This document shows positions 1-12,800 of a stretch of 64,000 bases of DNA, piece by piece. Location: contig JAQGDQ010000050.1 of assembly GCA_030141605.1 (NCBI GenBank), positions 631,971-695,970 of the forward strand, in the 5' to 3' direction. The notes under the pieces are model-generated. The model saw only the letters and a program-made list of their open reading frames with translations, did no database searches and had not been told where the DNA came from. A program made the position numbers and the translations under genes. The number at the start of each line of letters is the position of its first letter. Position 1 is the stretch's first letter. The stretch is from Tubiluchus corallicola (Eukaryota; Animalia; Priapulida).

Positions 1-413
1 AGTTTAATTTAATTTTAATAATTGCAGGCAGGTGGCGCCACTGTACAGTAATGTTTAATTGTGATAAAATTAATAATGCCAATCCTCTACAGACAGTTAT
101 AGTTGTGGTTATTCCCATAGTTTTGGTGTTTCTGGTTGTGGTGTGGTAGTAATGGTCAAGGTGCCTGGTAGTGTTTTAATTTTGATGGTTTTTGCTCACA
201 AAAGTGATTTCCTACATTGACGAACAGCTGCGCAGGTTAAATTAAATAAGTGGCCAGATCTATGATCAAATCTTGTCACTTTCTCAAGCACCTGTTTTGC
301 CTTTTATTTGTTTTTTATTTTTATTGTTCGTATAAAATTTAAATAAAATCAAATAGTTACATGAAGTTAGAGTTGATTCATTTATTGCATTTAAAATTTG
401 CCTTAATTTGTAG

Positions 414-553
414 GAAGTTTTTGTCAATATGGACGAAGAAGTCCGTGTTGTACTTCATGAAGTGAAATATATGGATAAGCTCAAACACAAAGTACCTGAT
501 TCTCTTCGTATTGTACTTCTGAACGGGCAGAGAATCAAGTACCTGCAAGGACG
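414..553 (+). CDS. dynein HC exon 1 (in window), tail
   Basis: tag|[20 protein letters not shown]...QG(R)|gtaag; resembles DNAH5 ELFVNFD region. Confidence 0.85.
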
Positions 554-3500
554 GTAAGATCATTCATGTATACCTTTTGGCACACTTAGAATTAGTTTTT
601 ACAGATTTTAAGGAAATGCGAATAAATCAAATGTAGTATATACGTAAGAATTTACAATTTTGAAAAGCATTGAATTACAAATTATTGAGATTGTGGTACC
701 AGATTTGAAACTATCACTAATTTTGGGTGCAAAACATTCATCGTATTGCTAGTAAGGATTTATTTTTCAATATCCTGTCAATTGCCATGGTGTGATTTAT
801 TGCCTTACCTTATTATCATAATTTATTGTCTTATCTTGTACAAATCGTATAACTAAAATTTGTAAAAAAGAAAAAAGGAGTGGGTCCGCCATCCATGTAA
901 TGAGTTTGTCATACCATTGACGTATAGCAACTGTTGTACACATGAATACAGAAGACTGAAAATGAACTTAAATGTTAGTAGATTTCATTGATGTTTTATT
1001 TTTCATCATGTCTATCAAATGTGCACTACCAAAACATAAAATTTCAAAAACCTGATATAAACAAATATCTTATATAAACAAAGAGTTGAATGCCTTTTTT
1101 TAAGTCTAGGTTTTACAGGGTTCCTGACTTTGGTGACTATCCAAAGATTTCTGATTCTGACAGTCGCCAACTGTGCTCCAAAAGTTCCCCAAATTGTCAT
1201 AAAACATTCGCGGACATTCATCGTTGTCACCAAAGGTCGCTGGCTTCCGCATGAATTTTTATTAAAACATTTTTAAAGTTTGTCGCAGGTATCGCAAAAC
1301 TCTCCATCTCACCAAAACTTCCCCAAACTGTTGTAAAATTGTTTGAACATGCAACAATCCTAGGCAAATATATTGCAAATTATTTGCGCTCTTTGTCAAC
1401 AAATTTAAAATTTCTCGAAAACTTGAAGAACATTTTGAGATGCTTTGAAGAATGCTGCTATGACTTTGCTATTATTTTCAATATTTTGGCAACACTTTGG
1501 AAAAACTTGGTTGTCTTGCATGCAGTTCTTTCTGCGAAAATTCTTTAAAATTGTCATAAAATAATAGCAAAATACTCAAGCCTTCTTGCAGAAGTCGCCA
1601 AATATTGCAGCAATTTTCATCTAGCGAAAAAGCCCAAAATTCGTAAAAATGTGGCAAAAATTGTGTGAAACTATTTAGAACTTCGCAGGAATGATTTGCA
1701 ACAAAACACAGTCGCGGGAATTTTAAGGCAACTGTTGGACTTAGAAAGCTTTCAATCGTCGCAAAAAAGTTCTGATGGTGTGAAGCCTGAGCTTTAGTCT
1801 CAAAACATCTTATTGTTATGAAGAGCTTTTCCCTAACGGGCCTAATCAGCTGAATTGACTGTTACGAAAACTTGTGCTGTTACAGTTAACAGCACAAATT
1901 TTCATAATACTGTAGTCAGTTCAGCTGATGAGACCTTTAGGGCGAATGCTTCTGATAATAAAAATCTGTTTTGAAACTAAGAAAGAAATCTGTTTTCAAC
2001 TTTTTATTTTAAAAGATTAACTGAATATGAATCTTAGATTGTATTATGGCACATAATAGGAGGTTGTTTTTATATATTTAGTTTTTGTGTGAAATGAAAA
2101 GTGTCTTTATTTAGTATAACTTGAAAGTCAGTTAGTTTGTTTTCAAATTTGAAATTGTGAATGTTAAAGATGCTTTTCATATTTGTTTGTTAAGCACCAC
2201 AATTTTGACATTTTTAATTGCTCTGGTCTGATGTGGTAGCTGATTTTAACCAACTACTATGTAACTATTTTTATATAAACAATCAGCAGTGCACATCGAT
2301 GCTCCAAAAGTATCTACAGATGCCAGTTCACATATTGTTAAATAATTTTGCATATTGGGTAGAAGCTGATGAATATGGTTTCCTCTATTGTAGGTTGGAA
2401 GAAATTCTGGATGATTATAAAACGGCCTTGGAAAATGTTTTACCTGTCGTTAGACCACTGCTTTTTCCATTGACAAAAAAAGTTGATGCCGTTGTCAAGA
2501 AAGGATTGACTTCAATATCCTGGGCATCTTTAAACCTTCCATTGTGTATGGTTAAGATTATATGAAATTTCTAAAGCAATAGTGATTATTTTACTATGCA
2601 GTTTATGGCAATGTTAAGAATCAGACCAACTGAGTTAATTTTTACTTAGTACCTTAACAAGTTTGAGCCTCATGCTGGATGTTGATGATGTTACCTTTGA
2701 GTAGGACGGCTTGTTGACTGACAGACTTTCTGTAGTACTTTGCTAGCTCTGCGAGAGGAAAGTGTAAATTACGATTAGTATTGAAAGATGATCTCATAAG
2801 GCTATATGCTTCGCCTTATTATGACAGCTAGGTTTGCGAGCTCAACAAAACCGTATTGGAATAATAGGGCTGGACGATGAGAAATTGTTATAATTTGAGA
2901 ACATGTTTGTGGAGCTAGTGTAAAACCTAAATCTTTTTATCTTTATCTTTGAGTTTGAGTGGGTATTTTAAACATTTATTCTGCACCTAATTAAATAGCA
3001 CAGAATTTTACACCAGCTACCAGGCTGTGGTTTATTTGGTTACCGGACTTTGGTAGGTAACTAGGTATAAGTTAATTTGTTTGCCATGATGTTTTAGTTG
3101 AGTCACAGTTTTAACAACTTTAATAATAATGTCAAGTAATGTGAAAATCTGGGAATTTTGACAGTAGCAGAAATTGAAACGAAATGATGCAATAAATTTA
3201 TTAATGCTCTTGAAGCAGGTTTTGTGCCAGGTTAAAGAAACAGTGAATAATTATTTATCAAAGTGATAAAGGAGTATAGCTTGTGATATCCCACCAAATT
3301 TATTTAATGCATGATTTTTGAGGCATGCACTGAGATAGAGCCTCACTCTTGAAGTATTTAAAATTCGTTAATGGCAGTTCAATCTGTAGTTAAGTGACTA
3401 ACTGCACTTTGGAGCAATGTAAAAATACAATCATGGGAAAAGTAATGAGCATTAGTAAGTCAACAAATGTGTAGGCATCAGTAGATTACTAACAAGAGTA

Positions 3501-4146
3501 TTACCTGTTAGAGGGTCATTCTGTATACTTAGTGATGGAAATAAGGATTGATGCACATGCCTTATTAATAAATGTATGGGATTGCTTGGAAATTGCTTTT
3601 GTGCATTTTCATTTGTTATACCTCTTCCTGGAATTTATTCTCATTGAGGAGGTGTATATTCAAACATGGCTTTGCAAGACACTTCTGCTGGTTCAGTATT
3701 TCATCTTTCAAGACCATTTGATAATGAATCAGATTCTGGTCCCATAACCATCTATATTAAATAGGCCCGATGTTAAATGCAGAGTCACGCAGTGCATCTT
3801 GAAGCTAGTAGAAGCAAATTATACTTATTCATAAAGCACATCTCGTGCGCGTAGCCTAGCATAGTTTCATAACTAACAATTAATGCCAAAATTAATTTAA
3901 TAGCATTCTGTTCCAGAAACACAGCAAATGTGGTGGCCATTTTCTGAAAACTGCCAAAATGACGGCTATGGTAAAAACAGTTAAAATTCTTGCCTATATC
4001 GGGGTTAGGGTTAGGGTTCTATAATTCACATTTTGTGTATCTGCAATATTTCTGGATGCATTGTACAATTATCACAAAATAAGTTTTATAATCGCATCTC
4101 TACATAAATTTTTATATATATAACTGTGACTGTAATATAATATATG

Positions 4147-4216
<70 letters not shown>

Positions 4217-6779
4217 ATTATATGTAATATATATTTCATTATTTTTTAATTCGCTCCTTTTTCAAAAGTTTTTTACTTTCTTTCCTTTTAGTTACCACAC
4301 AGCTTGAGACGGCCGTGCAGTATTTCATTGTATCTTCGAAACCAATCGTAGATTTAATCATCACCACCATTGAAGGTGCACTGAAGGAGATATCAGAAAC
4401 ACCACTCTGCTATTTAAGAGAGGTGCCTGTTTCTAATGAGGAGTTCTTACAGCTGTCTGAGGAAGCTTCTAAAGAAGGATACCAAAATATAATGAAGTAA
4501 GAGTAATATTCTAGGTATATAGTAAACTGTATAACACTTGAAACACTTGAACACCTCGAGACCGGAAAATTTGTTCGAGTTATGCGAAAGTACTAGTTAG
4601 ACAATGTTCGTAAGAACACAAGATTGAGTCGCTCATCAATGTCTGACAATACTCTAGTAACACTGCAGCCTGTCAAAATAACAAACTGAGCCTTTAAATA
4701 ATATCAAACAACAATTTTTATGAATAATCAAAAATAAAATGACTGGTCCACCTCTATTGTAGACGAGTATAATGGTTAATAGAATCCGACAGTAATAATG
4801 TTGTGATCTACATTAAATGACATTCTTTAGTTTATTAAGCATGTTGTGTGCAGCATTCTGCTAAGGTAATACAAGAAATCTTAGCATTTATGCTAGCAAT
4901 TAAATTGTAATGTGGTGCACACTTTCGCATGGGACTTTTCGCTTGGGAGGCTGTTCGAGATAGGTGGGGTAATTTCAATCACATTGTTAAGAATTGTACC
5001 GGGAATTCGGTTTGAGTTATTTGATAATTCGAGTTATACGTAGTTTACTGTATATGGAAATTATAAAGCCTTTAAATGCCACATTTTCTGATTTTGCAAA
5101 GTGAAAAGAAAGTTCTAACTCTATGTTGCTTTTGTAAAAGGATTGATATTTCTTATAGATACACAGAAAAGCTGAAAAATGAGATGAAAGAAGTGATACT
5201 GTTGATGAAGGAGATTGCTAACAAACGTGAGATGGATTTCAATATTCAAGCTGATGTAAGTATTAACAATTTTATCCTGACACATAATGCGAACTTAGCT
5301 CACCAGTTGGAGTGATTATTATTAAATTCTGATGAGTAATCATGATGTGTACATACATGTATGTTTGCCTGTTTGGACATGCATGTCATACATATATGTG
5401 TGCTAGAGTGTAGTATATTATGAATTGCCTGTGCATAAATGTGCTTGTAAGTATCTGATGTCGCATAATTATAAACTCAGGTTGGGGAATACCATCTCAT
5501 CATCATCATCATCATCAACACATGCTCATCACGTCTGTTTTAGACATTGGGTAAGCAGAATTCTAAAATAAAAGAAATCAACCCTTCAGACAGGTAAACA
5601 CAGCAGTAATCCAGCAAATTAAAACTAGACACTGCTATGCCAATGGCTTGTCAGCACCACTTTCAATCATTATCATCTAGCACCAGCTATATTTAAGTAT
5701 TTAAACAAAGAGATTCCCCTTGTCCCAGCTGACGAATTGTGTTCTTGTGACTACACATATTAATTGTAGTTCTGTGGAGATCGCTGGCATCTATTAGAAT
5801 TAAATAGAACATTGTAGAATGTTCCGTTAGAATAATCGTCTTACCTTGTAAAATGTTTTGGAATGAAACTTCTCTGGCATGCTATATAAGGCGAAGCTGG
5901 CCGCTGACACACACGCGCAGATTCACACGGATGCACACTTACACATTCTCTTGTTTACTTGTATTTTCAGATACATGTAAACATTTTCCAGATTTTCATG
6001 TTTATTTTAAACATTTCGCGTTCCTTCATACTTTTGTCTTGTAGAATTCTCGCTTAATAAACTAGTTTAATTTGATGACGTGTTTTCTGGTTTTCTCTAC
6101 GAGCCTTCCGAGAGAAACAAAACACAACAAGTTCACAGATTACCATATTTTAATAGATAATACTTATGAATCGCACTCCCCACTTTGCTTGAAATTTTGT
6201 TCTGCACGCTTGATTCGCAGTTTACATCTTGTCAACAAAATAAGAACTGTACCTGGTCCAAAGTGTAATGGATATTCCACATCTAGTTGTACCTGTGGTT
6301 AATATGTGCATATTGTGGTCATAATTACTGTCATCCTACTGATAATTAAATATTAATTAGACTAGCTGATTAAAGTGAAATCATAGTCATTTTAATCTAT
6401 TAAATATTATTCAACTAAAATTAAATTTCTCTCCTTTCCCTGTTTAACAATATCGTTTTTCATTAATTACATGTAAAACAAAAATATAATCAAGTGTATG
6501 AATACTTGCTATTTTTGTCAGATGGACTTTAGATGTGAATCGGATTCTGGTCGTCTGCAGAGATGTCAAGAATGTCTGCCATGTCATTATTATGTATTTA
6601 GCCAATACATGAACAATCGTTTGAGTGATGCGGTGTTAACTAGTGAGTAACAGGAAAGAGTGATCGATCTCTAGTATTAAAAGAATAAAGCTGTCAATTC
6701 GAGTTCTTAAAAATAATATGGAGGAACTAAATGTATTCTTAATTAAATTTATCAAAATAAGTTTATGTACTTAAGTATC

Positions 6780-6825
<46 letters not shown>

Positions 6826-9800
6826 TGCTGTACGTACTGCAATAAATCTATATAATCAAGTAGAACTCTAATAGCTTGCTACTTGCTAAACACTTTGACA
6901 TAGTTGGTCAAGTTACACAGTTTGCTATATATATATAGTTTATAAGTACATAAACTTATTTTGATAAATTTAATTAAGAATACACACATGCACACACACA
7001 CATGCACACACGCACACACACACACATGTTACAAATACATATTTACATATTAGTCAGTCAATGGGGCTTAATAATATTTCATTAATTTCATCTGTTGCAA
7101 AACTAGCAATTAAGTAGCAAAAGAAAGCAGCAATTAAGCTGCAAAGTAGCAATTAAGCTGCAAAGCTGCAGTTAACCTGCAAAGGCCAGCTGTAAAATTC
7201 ATGTGCTAATTTGTCTAAATCAGTGTAAAATCCCTTTCTGTCAAATGCTGTCGTAGACATGAATAGTCTGTTTTTTCAAGTACATATTAGGCAGTAGATG
7301 GCAGAGCTGAAACTGAGTCAGCTTTGGCCCAGGACATCCATGACGTACCTGCATCTTTTAATATACCGAGCATGTCAAAAATCACTATAGACTACATATT
7401 TTTAAATAAGTGGATCAGAAGCTTTGAAATTAGGTGTAGATGAATTAAAACTTTGATTATACTGTTATTGAAATTGGTAACGATCTGAGAAGAATTACTT
7501 CACCGGTAAGCTTCTGCTTGTGCCAAACTTCCTTCAAATGCATTTGAGCAATGATTAGCATGTGCATTTCAAATCACATATTTTCCCAACAGTTTGTAAT
7601 GCTTGTAATTCTTATTTCAACTTCAATGAAAGCCTTTTGGTGTATTTACAAAAACTAACTAGTAATGTAGAAATTAGACTGATTATTCACTAGTGCTGAA
7701 TTTACTTAAAAAATGTATATAGTCTTCTATACAATGCAGTAGCAAACACATTGAAGATGGTATCATCAGTCAGACAGGCATATTCTATGTGTCTGACAGC
7801 TAAATGACTAGTATGTATTTTTTCGGTGTGAAAATTAAACTGGGTAAGGTTTATTGACAAGGATAAGTATATTGACCTTGATAATGTAAGTGTATTGTCA
7901 CCAGAATTTTTATCAATATAAATTTTCATTTAGGTACAAAACACTCACTGGAAACTATGAAGAGACAGCTGCTAGATAAAGAGAATGTGTATTTTAGTGG
8001 AGAATTGGCTTTGGTGATTCCAAATATTCAAGCATGCCCATCCACTGCTGAACTGCAGGTAAATAATTTCATGTTGCAACATGTTTGTACTACCTGGTCA
8101 TGTTCATCCAATGCTTTTGCGAGTGCTTGTATATCGCTTAACAAATCTGCCCTATTTGTGCTATATTGCTGTTTGTGTCTAACACTTGGTGGTTAAAAAT
8201 TTCCTGCATAGTATATCTCTTAACTGTAAATTTCGATGTAGCATTCATGTCTTTTTTGAATCTAGTGAATGTAACTTGTAAGAAATGTATGATGGCATGT
8301 GGCTATAACTCATTTTATTTGATTAATTCACTGCACCAAAGTGACGTGGCAGCGATGATGATGCAGTTACACTACGGTAATGATTAAAGCAGATTGTGTT
8401 GCATACAAATTTGTTATTGTATTTAATCACTGTATTGTAGAGTTCAATCAACATTGCTGTAGAGAAAATGCTTGATGTATCAACAATCCTACCATTTTGG
8501 AGAGATCCTCATTGTAAAGCCAAGGTTTGTCTAGTTGCAGTTATGTCTCAAACACTGCTGTAATTAAGCTGTGCAGTTACCTTGAAGTTGGCTTGATTAT
8601 CGTCAATCAATAAATATCTTCCTAATTAGTATGCTGACTGTTAGTTTTCTACTGCACCTGTTTACACAGTTTGCTATTTAATAGCTTTGCAATCTGAAAC
8701 ATTTTTCATTCCGCAGCTACATATGATAGATGTATCTTATTTTGATCATGTTTTTGTAAGATTTCACAGCTACAGGAGAGAGGTTGCTCTACTGATCTTT
8801 AGTGCAAATGCTAAAGCCTTTCAGCGATGAGTTATGTACTCTCATTGAGTCATCTGAATTACACATCAGTTTTGCCGTACATACTGCAATAAATCTATAT
8901 AATCAAGTAGAACTCTAGTAGCTTGCCAAACACTTTGACATAGTTGGTCAAGTGTGTTATTTTTAATGAGACAATGTAAGCAAGTTAATTACTAACACGG
9001 TCTTAAAAAATTCATTTAAAAAATAATGCACCACTGAAGGAACCACACAGACAGGTTAATTTTTTTCATCAGTTACTACCATTGCACTAAAGGCCCTAAA
9101 CTGAATGTGATGACGTACATTTCACTGATATTTCATTCTGTGCAAGGTGCTTAAAGAACTTCCACTTTGTCTTGCAAATGCTAAACTAATTTTTTCCACG
9201 ATACTTTAAATATAGCTGACGCAGAGAGAGAGAAGGTTTGTGGTGCCAACAGCGAAAGACGGTTCCCCCATCCACCGCAAGCTTCCTCCCGGTGCACGAG
9301 CACCCACAAAGCCACTGCATAAGATCATTATTGAACATCCCGATGTGATTGAGGTGGTTGCTGATCTTCATTCCATCATGTTCCAACAGGAAGATCAGTT
9401 GAAGAACATAATTAACGAATATGAAAAATTCTCTGACATTTGGATGCAGGTTGGTTGAATGCAAAATATTTTTATAGTGGAAAACTGCTTTAAAAAACTC
9501 AGCAGATGACACTGCTTGTTTTGGATCGGGATATCTCCATCTGCTTAATTTCATGGAAAACTTAAATTATAAAATTAATTTGTAGATGCTACTATTACTG
9601 CTGTTACTACTGCATTTATGGCTACAGTGAGTACCCCTACTACTACAGGTCCAGATGATGATAGAACTGTTACATCTTGAGTTTTCACTTTAACAATTTG
9701 CATAAGCTCATGAACTGGTTTCACTGACTTTTTTGTTATACAGATTGGTGATCTGTATCCAGTTAGATAATTGGTGACTTTAACTTTAAAACAGCCTTGC

Positions 9801-12800
9801 ACCATGGTACCTGTCTGATTTTCTAAAGTTCAACAATCTGTACCTGCCTAGATTGATACCACCTTCAAAACTACCGATATTTGTCTCTAGAACAACGTGT
9901 AACTTGCGATGACCACATACTTCGTGTAGTAGTATCCTACACTGTTGGTAGTCTATCCAAATTAATACGTCATGAAATAAACGTTTTTAAATTCAGTTAG
10001 TTTTAATTCATTGTGAATGGTATTTTTTTAACATTACTGCTAACTCACTTTTAAATGTTTAGGTTGTTTGATGACAACTGTCTGAAGTAATTTTAACTTT
10101 TTATTGGTTATTAACAACATACCGATTTCCAGTGAGAAAAATCTTTTAATAGAACAAAAGGTATGTAGTAATTGTTGCACATATGTTGATTTATAATTTA
10201 CCAAATTTCTGTATTTCAGGAACCGAGTACAGCAGTAGCAAAGCTGCAGCAGAACAATGCAGGATTTTTTGAACTTGAAAATCACATCGCACATTTCTAT
10301 GTAAGCAGCTACTTTCAAGTGTCACCACTTCATGCATTACGCATTATTAATATTATTTACTCACAGTATTGCCATCCATTAAGATTATTTTACAATTAAC
10401 AGAGCATAACATACTTTTCATATTTGTATGGCAATGGCTATGGTTCAAATAGTTAAGGATCAGTTTGTCCTATTTCCAATTTGCATATTATTGTTGTCAC
10501 CAAACATACCTCATTTGCTGTCATTCTCTGAACTTTTCATTTCAATTTTCCATGCAGTTTTAACAGCATTTGTAAGCTTTTACCCTCCATTTCTACAAAA
10601 ATAAACTTGTAGCTTGCTTAACAATGAAATTGAGATGGTTCACCTTATATATATATATATATTCACCTTTATAAATTTGGAAATTATAACTGGTTGTAAG
10701 CAATGTTTTGTACATAATGCTGTAACTATTTTTCTGCTGGCTATACTTTGATGATTAAATTATAAGAGCTGCGGTCCTGATGGCTATTGTTCATTCGGAG
10801 AAATGACAAGTATTTTGTCTCAACAGTAATCATGGAAAGGTTATGAAATTTCAGTAAAATAAAAACTACAAATAAACATCTCTGATTATTTTGCATTGTA
10901 GTTCTGGTATAGTAGGTTATCCACATGTTTGATGCTCAAGTGGCCAGTTAGGTAAGTGGAATGAAAGTCCTTTTTATAATATTGTTTAAATACTTCTTAC
11001 ATTAGATTTTTGAAGTGACTGGCTTAAGAGACTAGCTTTATATTAACTTTTGTCATATGTAGAATTTACACCGTGAGATTGAAGATTTGCCTACCTCTTA
11101 TCATGTTCATTGTGTGGACTACACCACAGAATCACTCAAAATGTCTCTACAAATTGAAGCCAAAACATGGAAGAAAAGTTTGTCTGTTGCACTGCAGCTT
11201 GCTGCTAAGGTTAGAATAGAAGAAATGACAAACTTTATTGACCGGATGACCAAAAAGCTGGCACAGAAAATAGAGACATTAGGTAAGGTGCTTAATATAT
11301 GTAGGTTTTCTTAAATTAGTTGTAAGTAATGTGATATTTATTGTTTAATGCCGAAAAAATAGTCAGTGTGAATTCTAATTATCGCACATGCTGTTCTATA
11401 GCACGATCAGTCATTTTTCAGCTAAGTTTTATTATAAAAGTGTTGAGGCTGTTAAACCCTAGTAAGAAGCATATAAGATACAAACTTAATTTTTGAATAA
11501 AAAATTATTATGAACGAGTAGTAGTAGTTTTTTCCAGCATAATTATTATACTTCCTGATTCTATTTTCAAAGTCTGTGATACCAAAAACGTAAATTTTTG
11601 TTTGTACTATATGTGTTAGGTCTATCACCGTAAAATTCTATACACTGTTTGGTATAATTAGTCTGTGTGGAAAAATCGTCTCACACAGACTAATTTCAAA
11701 GTGCACTTTTTTGTGTCTTCTTCTGGTATTTAATTATTCTGTTTCAAAAATTGGCTGCGCAGCGCAGGTCTTGAACGTGTGAAACAAACGATGGTGCAAT
11801 CCACTGGAGTCGATTTTAACTGGCAACTGTGAAGATGTTGAGTGAGTTTCAACAATTTTTTGTGCCTTATTCCGACACTAGAGAAGTGTCCTAGTGAAAC
11901 ATCATAATCACATCAAATCAAACAGCTCCTGTAAATCTGTTGCTATGCATTCCGATAGCAAATGGAATACAACTCAACTGTACCCGGTGTTGTAGGAAAT
12001 CATAGCAAAATACCAAAAAGAGTTTGAAACTTCCAGCTCCGAAATAACTTTGGTTAATTAATAACATATAACACAAAATAACATATTGAAATGGAAAAAA
12101 TTCTATGAAATTGGTCTGACTAATTTCGGTAGTGCACATTGAAAAGTTGGCTTCATAATTAGTCTCACACAAACTAATTGCACTAAACAGTGTAATTAGC
12201 ACGGTCCTTTTTGTACTCTTCGACTCATTGATTACACTACTATATTATACGACACTACTATTGCCGATCATTTTCCGCCCACGTTTTCGATTGATCCCTT
12301 TTGTATGTTCAACAACTTCAACCAAATCTATCTTTAGGAGTAGAAGAACTTGAGCTGTTAGCTGCAGATTGGAGTTGCTGAAATACTCTAATAAATGTTA
12401 ATGTCTCAATATCTACAATGGATGGAATGAGACTTTGAAGAATAAACTTGTGTGTTAGCGCTCAAAGAGAGCGGACATGTAACACATTTCCAATGCTTTT
12501 ACATCGGAGTTGGTAGATCACAACAAATCTCTATTGTCATTAGTGTCAGTTCATTTAGAACTCCTTAATGTCTTATGTAACAATAACATTGCTGCATCTG
12601 ATAGATTGCCTCTGGCGTGAATAAATGATTATTATACATTAATTCGTTGTTAGTGATTGAGACAATTCCAATGTGGTGTGTCATCTATCACGTTTAAGTC
12701 TAACACAGGACAACCATAATAATAATATTTATTTAAAATTGATGTTAATACCCTCATACGGACTAAGTCTCAGCACTAAGAAGATGCAAAATTCTGTGGG

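Noticed and set aside
205-235. Possible extra small exon (ISYIDEQLR)
   Set aside because: Weak splice sites and no resemblance to the sequence expected before EVFVN.
4000-4017. ggggttagggttagggtt telomere-like motif
   Set aside because: Only 2-3 units; such short runs are common inside interspersed repeats.
9186-9554. Minus-strand 122-aa ORF and similar antisense or intronic short ORFs across the window
   Set aside because: Shadows of dynein exons or LINE ORFs, or chance ORFs in AT-rich introns, with no recognisable motifs.
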